DNA of 64,000 nucleotides from Lingula anatina. Its lineage: Eukaryota; Animalia; Brachiopoda. Both the position numbers and the translations under genes were made by a program. The stretch is from positions 34,602,401 to 34,666,400 of the forward strand of contig CM120641.1 in assembly GCA_051362555.1 (NCBI GenBank), written 5' to 3'. Below, piece by piece: positions 1 through 13,078 of the stretch. The notes under the pieces are model-generated. The model searched no databases. It saw only the letters and a list, made by a program, of their open reading frames with translations, and had not been told where the DNA came from. Every line of letters starts with the position of its first letter. The stretch's first letter is position 1.

Positions 1-538
1 TATCTAATTTTTATAATTTACCCTTGTAAAGTCCCAACATTATTTATGGATTTTACACTTCAAATAAACATATCATAAATATATAATACATTAATATATG
101 ACCTTCATATGGAAGGCATTAGAATACCTTAAAGTACTGCTACACGGAACTCCACAGCTGGAGTGATTCAACCCTTAGTTAGCTGACATTGCGAGCAAGC
201 ATATCGGAATGCATGCCTTTAAATGAAGATAAAACAATTCACTTGTTCATCGTAAACACCAAACAATTACAAGATTGGTATAAAACATCCTTTTTATAAT
301 TTTGATAATGTTCGTTTCAGTATTAATGTCAAATGGACACTACAAAATGGTGGTTTATTCAGTTTAATATACATGTAGTTTAATTAAGCTTTTCATCACA
401 TGTCTATTACCTTGGGTATTTACCGACAGTACATTATTAATGTCAACGTAAAAGTATCGTATGTGACATTGATTATACGCACAACTTTGAGCGTAATGAC
501 AGGCATCACCGCCGGATTTATTGAACATTTGTGAACAG

Positions 539-1495
539 GTTCAGTAACAACCTCTCACCTAAATGATCTCATTTGCATAACAATAAATTGGTCATCGTAG
601 GGTGAGCTGTCTTCCTGAATGCTCACTTGGCAGGTGGACAGAGTCGAGTGTAGACGCAACAGTCTGTTTGGTGCAGTCATTAGTTCTAGCTTGTACAAGG
701 CGTAGAAGCAAATGCATGTTTGTGAGTATGACTATTTTTTCAATAACCAACGCCATATTATTCTAAAGGCGCAGACGAATGAAATAATATTTAAGACAAA
801 TATTTATAACGTAAGTCATTTACCACCATTACAGTTGTAACTTGTAAGTCATTCAGAAAGGTAGAATTCATTGGATACAATATTCATTGGGACAAATGTA
901 GGCCTACGGGCTAAACGGCGCTCTCACCTGTCTTTTGATGATGACTTAGGTTTGCTTAAAAACATTTAGCTCTGCAATCTTTTTTCTTTTGAACATTTTG
1001 AACATTTTGAAACTCTGAAATGAGTCCACATGTACTACAATAAGTGTTGTACATGTAACATAAGATATCGAGAGGAATATATTAACAGTCATACCCCCCT
1101 CCGGCAAATAAAACGGGGTGTGTAATCAATGTTTCTTTTTTAGCAAGAGGTCTCAAATAATAATATCATTTACTAATTCCAGATCATGATTGTTGCGCAA
1201 GGCAATCTTAGTTTTTTTTTTTTTTTTGCGTTAGCTGAGCGTGAACATCAGAAAAGGCAATAAACATGCACACTTCTTCAATTATAAGTACCCTCTCCTC
1301 TGTGATATCACATGCATTATTCGTGTGTTAAAAGCCTGTCCGTTTATTTAAAAGTTGTAAACATTTCTTCTCTTTTCAGAAACTCAATGAGATTGTGTAC
1401 AACATGCACCATAGCAAGCAACAGTGCCTAGCCTTTGTTTCACACCCAGGAACCTCATGCCCATCCGTGGATCTATTATATGAAAACTGAATAAA
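539..1495 (+). other. possible last two exons (539-601, 1380-~1500) of an upstream spliced transcript, likely non-coding or UTR
   Basis: Acceptor gaacag|539, donor G|gtgagc at 601/602, pyrimidine-rich acceptor ttcttctcttttcag|1380, AATAAA at 1490-1495. Exon 539-601 has stops in all three frames. Confidence 0.3.
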
Positions 1496-1869
1496 TACTT
1501 TCGTAATTTGGAGTTTTTTTTTATTCTGTTATGAAATTATGATAATAAAAATAGAAGTAATGATAAAGGGAAATGAGTGATATAATTTCGTGTTTGAGAA
1601 CATTTGAGCTGCTAAATCTGATCTCTAAATAATGTCTGGATGTTTTTGTGAATGGTGGTTTTCTATAGTATTTAAAAATATCAAAAATTGTAATCATTAT
1701 AACATAATTACAAATATGCCAAGTATTTTGTTAATAATGGAATTTGAACTTTTAAGCTGTTTTAGCACACTGATAGAAAATAAACCAAGAACCCACATTT
1801 AAAGATAAATTTTGTATTTATTTACAATCCTGCTTTTTGAAAATATACCTGACCCTCCACGACAGAATG

Positions 1870-2546
1870 TAATGGGCTCACCCCAATTGAATGGACCCTT
1901 TCAACCTGACCCCCCCTCAGATGAAATTAACTGGCCCCACCTGACACCCCTCTGATGGAATGGACTCGCCCCACCTGACACCCCTCTGATGGAATGGACT
2001 TGCCCCACCTGACACTCCTCTGATGGAATGGACTCGCCCCACCTGACACACCCTCAGATTGAATGAACTCACCCCACCTGACATCCCTTAAAAGGAATGA
2101 ACTAGACCCACCTGACATCCCTCTGATGGAATGGACTCGCCCCACCTGACACCCCCTGAGTGGAATGGACTCACCCCACCTGACACCCCCTGGATGGAAT
2201 GGACTCACCCCACCTGACATCCCTCTGATGGAATGGACTCTCCCCACCTGACACCCCCTGAATGAAATGGACTCACCCCACCTGACATCCCTCTGATGGA
2301 ATGGACTCGCCCCACCTGATACCCCCTGAGTGGAATGGACTCGCCCCACCTGACACCCCTTGAGTGGGATGGACTCGCCCCACCTGTCACCCCTTGAGTG
2401 GAATGGACTCTCCCCACCTGACTCCCCTTGAATGGAATGGACTCGCCCCACCTGACACCCCTTGGATGGAATGGACTTGCCCCACCTGACACCCCTTGAA
2501 TGGAATGGACTCGTCCCACCTGACACCCCTTGAATGGAATGGACTT
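1870..2546. repeat. 34-bp minisatellite, about 20 copies (consensus TGGAATGGACTCGCCCCACCTGACACCCCTCTGA)
   Basis: Direct reading of tandem units, degenerate at the left edge. It explains the repetitive minus-strand ORFs 1927-2526 and 2205-2627. Confidence 0.95.
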
Positions 2547-4958
2547 ACCATACATACATTGTCTGCTTGGACATGTCTGGACTGCTGAACTTACTTCTTC
2601 CTGTGTTTGCTGACCTTGCAAGGTCATTTATTAGAATATATAAACTTGCATTGAAGGGGACAGGAATATTTGCTGTTAATTGTTATAGTTATCAACCTGG
2701 TCAGGTTATAACAGAAAATATCCTTGGTATTAAAGATGCATTTGAAGTCAATTTTTGCCACAAAAGCAAAAAGAGGTCTACATATTGTTTCAAATAGTAT
2801 AACTAAGAGGAATATAATATGATATCAGTTCATATCACCCGAAAAATTATATTTAAAGGTATATTTTGTGCTTAACTTCTGTGATATATATAAGCGGGGC
2901 AGACAGGTAGGTCAATATACAACCAAAATTTTAAAGATGGTGCAGCTTTAAAGTTCTTTGATGACTGATCACATTATAAATGTTTTATCCTTTAGCATGT
3001 CGACTTTGTTCGAGTCTTATAAGAAACAGGGGGATATGTATGTTACTGTGAATACAAGCTCGCTTTGAATGTATCATTAACTGATCCCTTGAAACTTCAC
3101 GTCTTCGTTTATTAAAAGAGATAGATTGTAAAATGTTTGCAAGATATGGTAAATAGCACGCAAACAGAACAACAGAGGCTGTTCGTTTCGCGTTTCGTTT
3201 GCAACCAACATTTTGAACCTGGTTATTTTTAAGGATCTAAAGCTCACATTTATGAAAAAAAACTCAGTACTTTGTTTTAGAAATTATCCACAGAATCCAA
3301 GTAAAAAAGGCCGATTTATTTTCATCACTGCAGGTGTGGACATGTTGTGTTTTACAAAACATAAGAAATGGTTTATATCTAGACAGAGTTTCTGTATTAT
3401 AATGTTGTAACTTCATGTACCGGGTATGATAAAACTGACAGGGTTTTGTATTATTAGTTGAAAAGAATTTCTAGAACGAAAGACATAAACAAGGTATAAA
3501 AAAACTTTTATATCCATTTCCATAAGCAAGCAAAAATAAACATTACTTAAACACTTTACTTGCACTTTGATTTCAGAGAGTAAGGTAAAATTCCCATCTT
3601 TAAATGGTCATTAAAATGACCATCACCTTAATCATTTTGTGTCAAATTTAAATGTTTTAAAACAAAATAACAGCAATTACAAATTGTACACTAAATGTTT
3701 AGATTCTAGTCACTTTAAATTGATAACTGTAAACACCATTCAGAATGTTTGTGCTCTATATGAACACAATGAAAAAGTTGCCTTTGGACGGTGGACATGG
3801 AAACAGTTTTTAATGATTGTCTTAAAATAGAAATGGCCTTGAATGGTTGAAATAATACATGTACTGATTATACAACATTATGATTTCCAAATACAGTAGG
3901 CCTTGGTCCCTTTCCACAGCACTGAGAAAAATGTGACCACAGTAGAAAAATATTTATATATATAAACAATGGCAATACACATTATTTACCTAATATGCAC
4001 TTAATCTAAATGATACTGAGCTCAGTCTTCAATAAAAATGAGGCAGTTTTACTAGATTATTAGCTATAACACACAACTTATAACTCGTTTTAATCATTTG
4101 ATCACTAAACAAAGAAAAAGAAAACTAATTGTTCTTATCCACTTCTAAGCTTTGGTATATCCACCTGCAAACGGAACCCATCTATACTTACTGAATTTAG
4201 TAATGCTCTTGGCAACACTAAACTTTGGTGTCATTTTTAAAATAAAGCAAACACTAGTGATTTGAAGTGCCTATTATACTTCTTTCTCACAACAATGAAG
4301 GGCAATTTAATGCACCAGCGAAAGGGTGTTTATTTATTTATTCGTTTACTTATTATTATTTATTTTCTCCATTAATGAACCATTATCATTATCTTTGCGT
4401 AGAAAATAACTTTTGTATTTGGACTTTCAGGCATTAAGCTATCTCAACTGTAATTATGTACCCTAAAATGGCAAACACACATTAGCTGCGTAGTATCATA
4501 ACTACATGTACTAATAAATGGTCCACAAAAACCATACGAAATAATCAACAGATGTTACAAATATTGCAACATTTTTTAAAAATCAAAAGTGTGACACCAA
4601 AAATGGTGACTAACAATGATCAACAGATATTGGTTTTCACAATATGAGATATTTTACTTACTGACATCTCTTTTCACTTAAATAATCATCTGTAACTTGT
4701 AGTTTTACACCAATAATAAGTATTTTATTTGAATTTATAATACAGTACCATAAAGATATTATATTGCAACCTATGTTCTCCAGTAATATTTACCCTTGTT
4801 TCATACATGGTCTGAGAGTTTGGATGGAGACAACAAGTGGATGAATACATTGTTCAGCTCCATAAAAAATTCATGTATAAACAGCATGCTTACAAGATGC
4901 TCTGGAATCAACACACTGTCCCAGTCTAAAATTGCCACTTATTTTCCTTCTCTTATTT

Positions 4959-5223
4959 TCAGTTTAAGGACAATTTTAAATGTAGATATAAAGGTTTGAC
5001 AGTCAGCAGTTTTATATTTTTCCTTTTGAAGTCTGTGGGTTTCTTGTAGCTGAAATAGAATATAGAAAACTCATTAATATTGTGTTGGTTTTTCAAAGTC
5101 AGAGTTGGAAATTGCCAATTGAAATTCGTCTCAACATAATATAAACTTTTTATCATAAAGAGTCATGGAAGAAGCACTTAAAACCTTTATAAAAAATGGA
5201 CAGAGTCTCAAACAGGAGTTCCA

Positions 5224-5285
<62 letters not shown>

Positions 5286-8200
5286 CAAACTTACAGTTCG
5301 ATGACTGCTGCTCCATCTTTGATTTCATCCTTCTCAAGAAAGGCCCAGCACTTGGTACTCACTTGCTTTTTCTTGGGCTTATAGTGTTTGAATTCAAAAA
5401 ACACAGCAAAGTCTGAAAAACAAGCATACATGATATTAAAAAGAGAACTAAAAAAGGTATGAACACACGGTGCAATGTTTTAAAGCATTCTTTATAGGCA
5501 TATACTCAGCAGTAGACTTTAAGAAAGTCACAAATTTAAGTACACCAAAAAAAAGAGGAACAGCAAGTTTAGTACTTCAGTATTAAAACCACCAAATTTA
5601 GCATACCTAGATATCAAAACAACTGTATGCCACAATGGCATCAATCTAAAAAGCACTTCCCACATGCTACATATGTCATATAAAATACTTCACATATGTT
5701 TGCTTGTACAAACTTGAAGGACTAAGCTCAGCTTGGGTTTTTGGTCTGGATGTTAAACATTAAAAAAAAATACATTAGAACCTTTGACTGTAATTGGTTT
5801 GTTAGCTTATATATCATGTTAGAAATAGAAAATAACCATGTAAAGCAACTTCAGAGAACACGCTGAATGAGAAAGCATAGCTCGCAATTATACAGACAAT
5901 ATACAAAATAAATAAACAAGTGAAGACACAGACAAAAAAACAAATGTGTGCAATGCAATTGTAAGGATACAACAGCATATCACTTTACAAATTCAAACTT
6001 GCTACTTAGAATGTGAGATTATATATGTAATGAGACACTCACAGCAAGCAGAAGTACTATATATATCACACATACACAAAAATAATTTTGAAAAAACAAA
6101 GATACAATGGAGTATGCGCAAGTCAGCATAACGATGCTCAGATCTAATCTATCTTATATAATTTTAACAATTTGGGTTTTGAAAATCATGATGTCAGTAA
6201 TATGGTTTCCAAGACTTTTCCTGATAACTGGCCACAGTGTCTGGCTTTTCTTAGTCACCAGAAAGATTGGGAGACTTGACATGATGAAATAGACTGTGGT
6301 GGCTGATGCCTCTGTGTATGGCTTCTTGGGGATAGGCAGACTTCTTTCTATGCAATGATGCTATCTTGGGTACTCAACATGGTATATTAACTATATATGG
6401 CAAGTATTGCACAGGTTCCTCAGAAGATGACACACCGTGTTGGCGCTAGTGATTGTCCCCAAAACAATTACCATTGCAACTGTTCATGAGATGATTATTC
6501 TAGCCAAAGTTGTGATGAATGGATGAGTGGCTAGATGGGGACTCTTAGGGACATTTACCTAAGTTTCACAGTAATGAAAAAGTATTACTGGGTAAAACAC
6601 TTGTATCTAGAAAGAAGGGATTGGTAATCCTGCCAGTTATAAAGAATTGGATAAAGTCTGAACATAACATCATCTACATGGGGGTATGGGCTTCATCATT
6701 TCATTTTATCCCTGAAGCAGCACAATGCTCAAGATAAAAGTGCGACTCCTAAAGACACTAAGATTCTGGAGTTCCTGATGACAATTTTCAGCCATTCTTG
6801 CCATTACATATGTATGATTTTTGCTAAGGTGGTTTTATTCTCTTTAAATGAAACCCCAATGAAGTTTAAAAACCAGTATAAAGCTGGCTTCTTTCTATAT
6901 CCACTTATATCACTATAAAACACTACACAAAAAGCATTTCAATGCAAAACACTAAGTCTAAATATTAGTTTTTATTAAATCTGTAAACAGACCATTCAAT
7001 GAAAAAATGTTAGTGTACAGCACTACACCTATTCATTATTAGTATTTATGTGGCCGCCACCTCTCACCTTGGCCTAACTGCTCAAGAGATTTTTGCAAAT
7101 GAACATCCACCCCAAAGTAAATGTAATTTTCCTCTTTACGAGTGGCTGGAGCCGTGTCCTGAGTTTTTGCTTTTTCAATACCTGCTTGATCTAATTGGGA
7201 AAAAAATAGAACACAGGGCTTATAGCAACAAACAAAAGCAACACAAAACCTGACCAGTTATGATGATTTCAGAAGAGAGGGAAAGGAAATCAGCTGAAAT
7301 CAATTCCATCAAAGGTTAGACACTGAAGTGTTTCTCTTGTGTATATAGAATGCTGAGTACATTTTCCTCTCCAAGCTCATATCTGGTCTTTTCCACACAA
7401 TGCCATTATGGTATGTGTTACTTACCAGGAGATAGAATTTCAATAGGTTTTTGTAAATAAACATCAACTCCAAAGTATATGTACTGGTTTTCTTTCCATC
7501 TGGCAGTTGGAGTCTCTTGTGATGCCATAAGATCTCTTCCACCTAAATCTTAATTTTCATGGTGGACAAATTACAATTTTCAACATTTTATGGCCATTCA
7601 GCTAAAATTAATACTTCAAAACATTTTGTTATTACTTATTATTCAATAAAACCTGATGCTTATGATCTGTATCTCGCCATGTCAAATATTTATTCCATTT
7701 GCTTCAACAGAGTATAATAAGAAATACTGAAACTTTGTGCATACTTTCTTGAAAATGAAGATGAAAACAGATAAACCTTAAAGTTAACCAACCTTTTACT
7801 GATACAGTGATATAGGAATCAATATATTGGGAGGCATCTTTTATACCAATCTTCTCTATGCGTATTGTAACTGCTGTCTGGCCTTGCATGGGTCTTGGTT
7901 TGGGAAGGAGATTGCCACGTGCTACAAATGATATGATATGATAGAAATGATATGAATAACAAATATCAATTCACTGTTAAGCAACTTTTTATGATCAGCT
8001 GCATATTTAATGCACATTTGTGTCCTAAATCTGTTTCAATCTAGACATAGATGATTAAATTCTACACATACTTAATAATCTGTTTTCTGTGTGTGTGTTT
8101 TTTTTACTTGAAAGAGCTGTTTTAAATCTGTTTCAATCTAGACATAGATGATTAAATTCTACACATACTTAATAATCTGTTTTCTGTGTGTGTGTGTGTG

Positions 8201-10901
8201 TGTTTTTTTTTTTACTTGAAAGAGCTGTTTTAAATTTTATAATACAACTGCCTATGTAGCTACACATACATTAAATTACCCATTGTATAAAGTAACTTAC
8301 CATACCTGTACGGTATCTACTTGATTCACTGTGCACTAAAATGGCCATCAGCTTAAAGTTCTGACTGATGATTAAATTAACAGCATATTTTGATTCAATC
8401 ACAAACATTTCTTACTTTTAGAGTCAACAACTTCTTCCTCTTCTTCATATTCCTCTGTGGGAGTGCTGCCTGTTTCTGACCTGTATACAGAGGTGTTATT
8501 TTAAGTTAAAATACGTGTCTTATATCATAATTATGAAACACAAGCTGGAATGTTTTCATACTGTTAGTTTGAGGCCAAACTTGACGTAGGCTTTCATTAG
8601 ACTGATGTGAGTACAGTAGATGATGTTACTCCATGACTGCTAGGTAACAAGCTTACAGTATGAAAACAATCCCGCTAAGCCTTGTATTGTATTATTACCA
8701 AATATGATCCAATTCCCAAGCTTATGAAAATTTTTGCTTGTCTAATGTCTTCTTCCAAAATAAAACCATCCAAAGAGATTTTTGCAAAATATAAATCAGC
8801 AGAAACATTTTACCTTCTTGGTGACTGAGCATCAACTTGTGCTTGAACTGCTCTCACGTCTATTGGAAATTCCTTGGCTTTTGACACAAATAGGTTCTTT
8901 AACCCTGTAAGAAATAAACATGTATTGTAAAGATGATAACAATAATAATAAATAAGACATGCTCTTTCAAGCTTACACAATCTTATACAATATATTTTTC
9001 TATGCCACTAAATTGGAATGTGCCAGTATACTGGTGAATCTACTGTCCAGGTTTAATTCACTTGGGGTGTCACACAATTGCCTTGATATCATTTAAACAG
9101 TTTAATGAGAAACATTCAAATGTAAAATGTACACACTAAATGTAAATTTTAAGAACTACAAAAAAAAAAAAAAAAAAAAAAAACAATACTAGTACACTCA
9201 TGCAGATATTTCAGACCATCAGTCAGCCATAAAAATATGTACACTAAAACACCCGTTTTCACATTCAAGATAATTTTTATAAAAAACCACAATGAAAAGT
9301 GAGTTCAGCTTTTTAAAACATTCTTAAGTGAATTATTTTTTATCTACAAACTGAGCAGAATACTGGAAACAGCTGCTTACATGGTTCAACTTTCTTTAGA
9401 TCTTTTATAGATATCCCATCTACTGTGCCAAGATGCTGAAAAGACAAATGTGAAATTAAGGAATCTCCTTTGGCTTGATCTGTAATTCAAAACTAATATA
9501 AATAAATTCTACCCTCTTACTTCTGAATCCCTATATTTGAAAATTAAAATTGATTTGCTTAAAACCTGAATGTTTTGGAACTTGAAATGACAAAAATCTA
9601 TTTTTCCTATAACAGCCAAAAGTTTAACAAATAATAATAATGACTTTGTAGGAATCTGTTGTATTCTAACTTTGAGTACATTACATAGCTGAAGAAATTC
9701 CTCTCCGATTTTGATCTACTTTCTTTATGAGGACAGATGACCAGTGTCTGCATATAAAATGCAAAAATTCTGCTCAACATGTAACAGCTACAAAATCCAT
9801 TAAAGGAAACCAAATCATATAAAGGCTATATTGAATACTACCTTATTACCTTGGATACAACAATTAATTTAATAAATATTCTTGGTATCCATCCTGAAAG
9901 TGTTTGGGCTTTGATCTTTTATCTGAGTTGAAATTTGTACTAGTATTGTACATACCTGTGAAATCTGAGTTGAAATATGTACAAGTAAAGGACATACCTG
10001 TAAGGCCTCACATCGCACATCCAAACATGCTGCAATTTTTCCAATTACTTTCTGGAATAAAAAGAAACAAAATAAAATGAAATTCTTTTCTTAAATCATC
10101 CTATTAAGTATTTTAGATGTCATACTTTGTCTCTGAATAAGTTTGTGAAAGATGTAAGTACCTAAAAACAATTAAAGTCAGGTGAAAAAAGGAGTTCTAC
10201 ATGGCTGGGTATATATTCATTTACAATGTGCTAAACTGCTGGTAACTCTTAACATTACCTTTTGTTCATCAGAGAAGACCTCACTGTCTGGGTCAGCCTG
10301 TGCTTTTAGTTCATGTGAAAGCCTAAAAATGACAACAGATGTGTTCATTATTTCAACAGGAAAGGAATTAATGTAAAGCCTTGCAAATCTTAGATAACAG
10401 AAAGGTTATTTTATGTAGACTTTAGATTGATCAACCAATCCAGATGGCACCCAAACAAGGGCTTATTCATAATCTTAATGCTGCTTTGCTGTATAGTACC
10501 AAAATCCAAAAAATAATCATCTCCCTGCTTGTATTTTGTCTCATTTTGGGTATAAGAGGCACAGAAGTAATTACACTTACTTAACAGCACAATGCACTAG
10601 AAAAAATAGGATACTTAAACCAACTTAAAGTTTAATTTCTTTTTTCATTATGATAGACCCAAGTCGTTTTATGTAGCTTTAAGATCCATTAACTACACTA
10701 ATCAAGATGACAGCTGAGTGATAAACATATGAAAACTGCTTAGGCTTTGGTGTTGTTTTTTATGTACCATACAAAGACTCACTTCCTATATACTTCAATT
10801 GCTTCTAGCGGTTGTCCCCAGAGATCAAAATCTGTGCCTTCTTTAAAATGTTTTGCCCAAAGAGATATTAATCTTTTGGGATCAACTTCAGGATCCCCCA
10901 T
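4959..10901 (-). CDS. AIDA: Axin interactor, dorsalization-associated protein (N-terminal helical domain plus C2 domain), 302 aa
   Basis: Exons (minus): 10783-10901, 10259-10322, 9998-10051, 9381-9435, 8814-8904, 8416-8480, 7793-7921, 7426-7548, 5295-5412, 4959-5049. All GT-AG, phases consistent, 909 nt. Motifs match recalled human AIDA: GTDFDLWGQPLEAI, KVIGKIAACL, TIRIEKIGIKDASQYIDSYITVSVK, FFEFKHYKPKK, YKKPTDFKRK..LLTVKPLYLHL. The exon 8 acceptor could be 7548 or 7542. Confidence 0.95.
5226..5284. repeat. (TA)n microsatellite in the last AIDA intron
   Basis: About 29 perfect TA units. Confidence 0.98.
8026..8235. repeat. tandem duplication of a ~97-bp unit in AIDA intron 6
   Basis: taaatctgtttcaatctagacatagatg...gaaagagctgtttt occurs at 8026 and 8123; the copies differ in (TG)n and poly-T length. 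Confidence 0.92.
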
Positions 10902-11059
10902 TTCATTGATTCCCGTTTGCGTCTCTGTGTCTGACCTTGGTGCCCTTGCATAGATGCAGAATAGGTTTTTATTACAGTTTTAGTTTAGTCAAATTATTTG
11001 AACCTGTTTTGGTTTGAGAAATCAACAAAATCAAATATCATGAAAAAAAATAGAATTAA

Positions 11060-11305
11060 ATAATTTTCATGACGTATAATTTAAGGATATAATGCCAAAT
11101 TTAACATACTGAAATAATTTATGGGTAATCAACTAAAGTTGAATTCAAATGTAATTGTTTACAACAATGCATTACGGGAAATTTTCAAAAATGGCGTCAC
11201 GTTGTCAAGTTGACATGTATGTCAATTTATGTGCCTTTTCCGATTATTAACCTATGCGATTAACTTTGAGGATATTCACGAGATAATAATGAATGAAATA
11301 TTAAG
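11060..11305. promoter_or_regulatory. putative bidirectional promoter AIDA/TTBK and first non-coding TTBK exon
   Basis: About 290 bp upstream of the AIDA ATG there is a YY1-type AAAATGGCG (11188-11196) overlapping a CRE-like cgtcacgt, a local CpG enrichment, and a plus-strand donor AAG|gtgagc at 11305/11306. Confidence 0.5.
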
Positions 11306-12910
11306 GTGAGCTACTATTTTGTTTTTTTCAGCAGCTAATAGGACCCACGTAGTAATTGAAAACACAATGATTAGTCGCCCGCAATGGCATGCTGACAATT
11401 TGGTAGACTTGCTCAGTTTTGCCTTAATTTGCTGAGGCATTTTCTGTTGTTCTATGCATTTTTATGTCTTTTTAAAGTTTTCTATGAATATGACAGGGCA
11501 TTTTGAATTTATATTAAATTGTTATATTTAGCTGTAGAAGAAGTTAAGAAACACCTTGAATAATTGTTCACAACCCCCCCCCCCCCCCCCACCACCACCA
11601 CCATGGCTTTATTATGGCCTTACGGCTATAAACAGCAACATATGCAACACTGTCACCGGCATGGCTTTTGTGCATTTTGTTTAAGTTTCCTCTTGTTTTC
11701 TTTTCTTGAGAGTTTTGAATAAATTTTGGGGTTTTGAATTATTGATAACCATAACTGTGCAATGTCATTTTATTATTATTATTTTTTTTTTTAATTTTTA
11801 GTCTCTTCATGTGTATCACACTTACAGATAATTATGGTCTTTACATATGGTCAGTGCCATTTTATATAAACTTTTGCAGCTCTGGTACAACAGTACAACT
11901 TTGTGCAGCTGTCTACATACTGTAGATAGTCATTGAATAACAAAATATAACAATAGTTATGTTAATTGACCTTACAGGGAAATTGCAGCTTTTTGTTTTG
12001 TAGTATTTATTCACTGCAAAAAATAGCAGCTAGTTAAAAAACGCTTTTGCTGGAAGTCAGTAAGGGTTTTATATAGAGAAAATGTGTTTGGTCTCCTGAG
12101 TAATAGATCCATGCCCTCTCAGCTACTTCGCAAGTTTACAACCCAATAAATATTTTGTTACATGTACTGGATATGTCTTTGAGGCCACCAGCAGATTGAT
12201 ACACTAGACAAGTATATTCCAAGTGTAAAGTGATCTAGCTGTTACTCAATACATAGGAGAAAGAATACAAGCCTTGACCATATGCTTACTAGTATATCAG
12301 TATCATCTGAAATTCTGGAATGGAAGAAAAATATTTTATTACAAATATATATATTATGACCTTTAGATGAATGCAGTATATATGCTATTGCTTACTAGTA
12401 GATGGCTAAACAAATTAAAAAAATTATCATTCATCTATGTGTAACATTTATTCCGTATAAAAGTACCAGTAAGATCAAATTTATTTATCAAAACCAAAAA
12501 GTCCTTATGGACTCTGGTGCCTAATGGTATTTAGCTTCAATTTAAGTTTTATTACTTGGATTATTATTTTTTTAATGAAAAAAGGTAATAAGTGTCCCAA
12601 AAATAAACCATGAATCCCCTCATTTTTTAAAGCCTCACAGCCCTATTGGGACAACTGGAACTTGGAAAAATAAAACAATGGCAGCAGAATTCTCACTTAT
12701 GCTTTGTTTTTGTTTGAAGTCCTGTCCTATTCTTATACTTTCCTTGCTGATGAAGTCTTGTATCCTTTTGGTACAGTATAGATTGGCAAAATTCAGGCAT
12801 TGTGAAATTAGGACAGTTATGAATTTGAAGTACTGCCGCCATTGTATAGCTAAATGGGATGTAGAAGAAATATACAGTGCTCAGCTCAGACTAATGGCTA
12901 ACATTACAGA

Positions 12911-13078
12911 CAGGCCCGTAGCCAGGGGGGGTTCGGGGGGTTCGAAAGCACCGCCCCTTTTGCTGGGGAAAGGTCCACTCTGGGTAAAATTTGATCTAGG
13001 TACATGAGGTTTTTATGGGAAAAGGTCCACTTTTTCAGAAAAAGAACCCCCCTTTTGAAATTACTGGCTACAGGCCTG
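12911..13078. mobile_element. 168-bp MITE, 15-bp TIR, 5-bp target-site duplication
   Basis: caggcccgtagccag ... ctggctacaggcctg (1 mismatch); acaga on both flanks (12906-12910, 13079-13083). Confidence 0.85.

Noticed and set aside
1870-2627. CRISPR-like array or repeat protein (ORFs 1927-2526, 2205-2627)
   Set aside because: Units are head-to-tail with no unique spacers, there are no cas genes, and the context is eukaryotic. The ORFs result from a stop-free repeat.
5131-5416. ORFs with IYIYIY runs
   Set aside because: Translation of a (TA)n microsatellite and off-frame or antisense reading of an AIDA exon.
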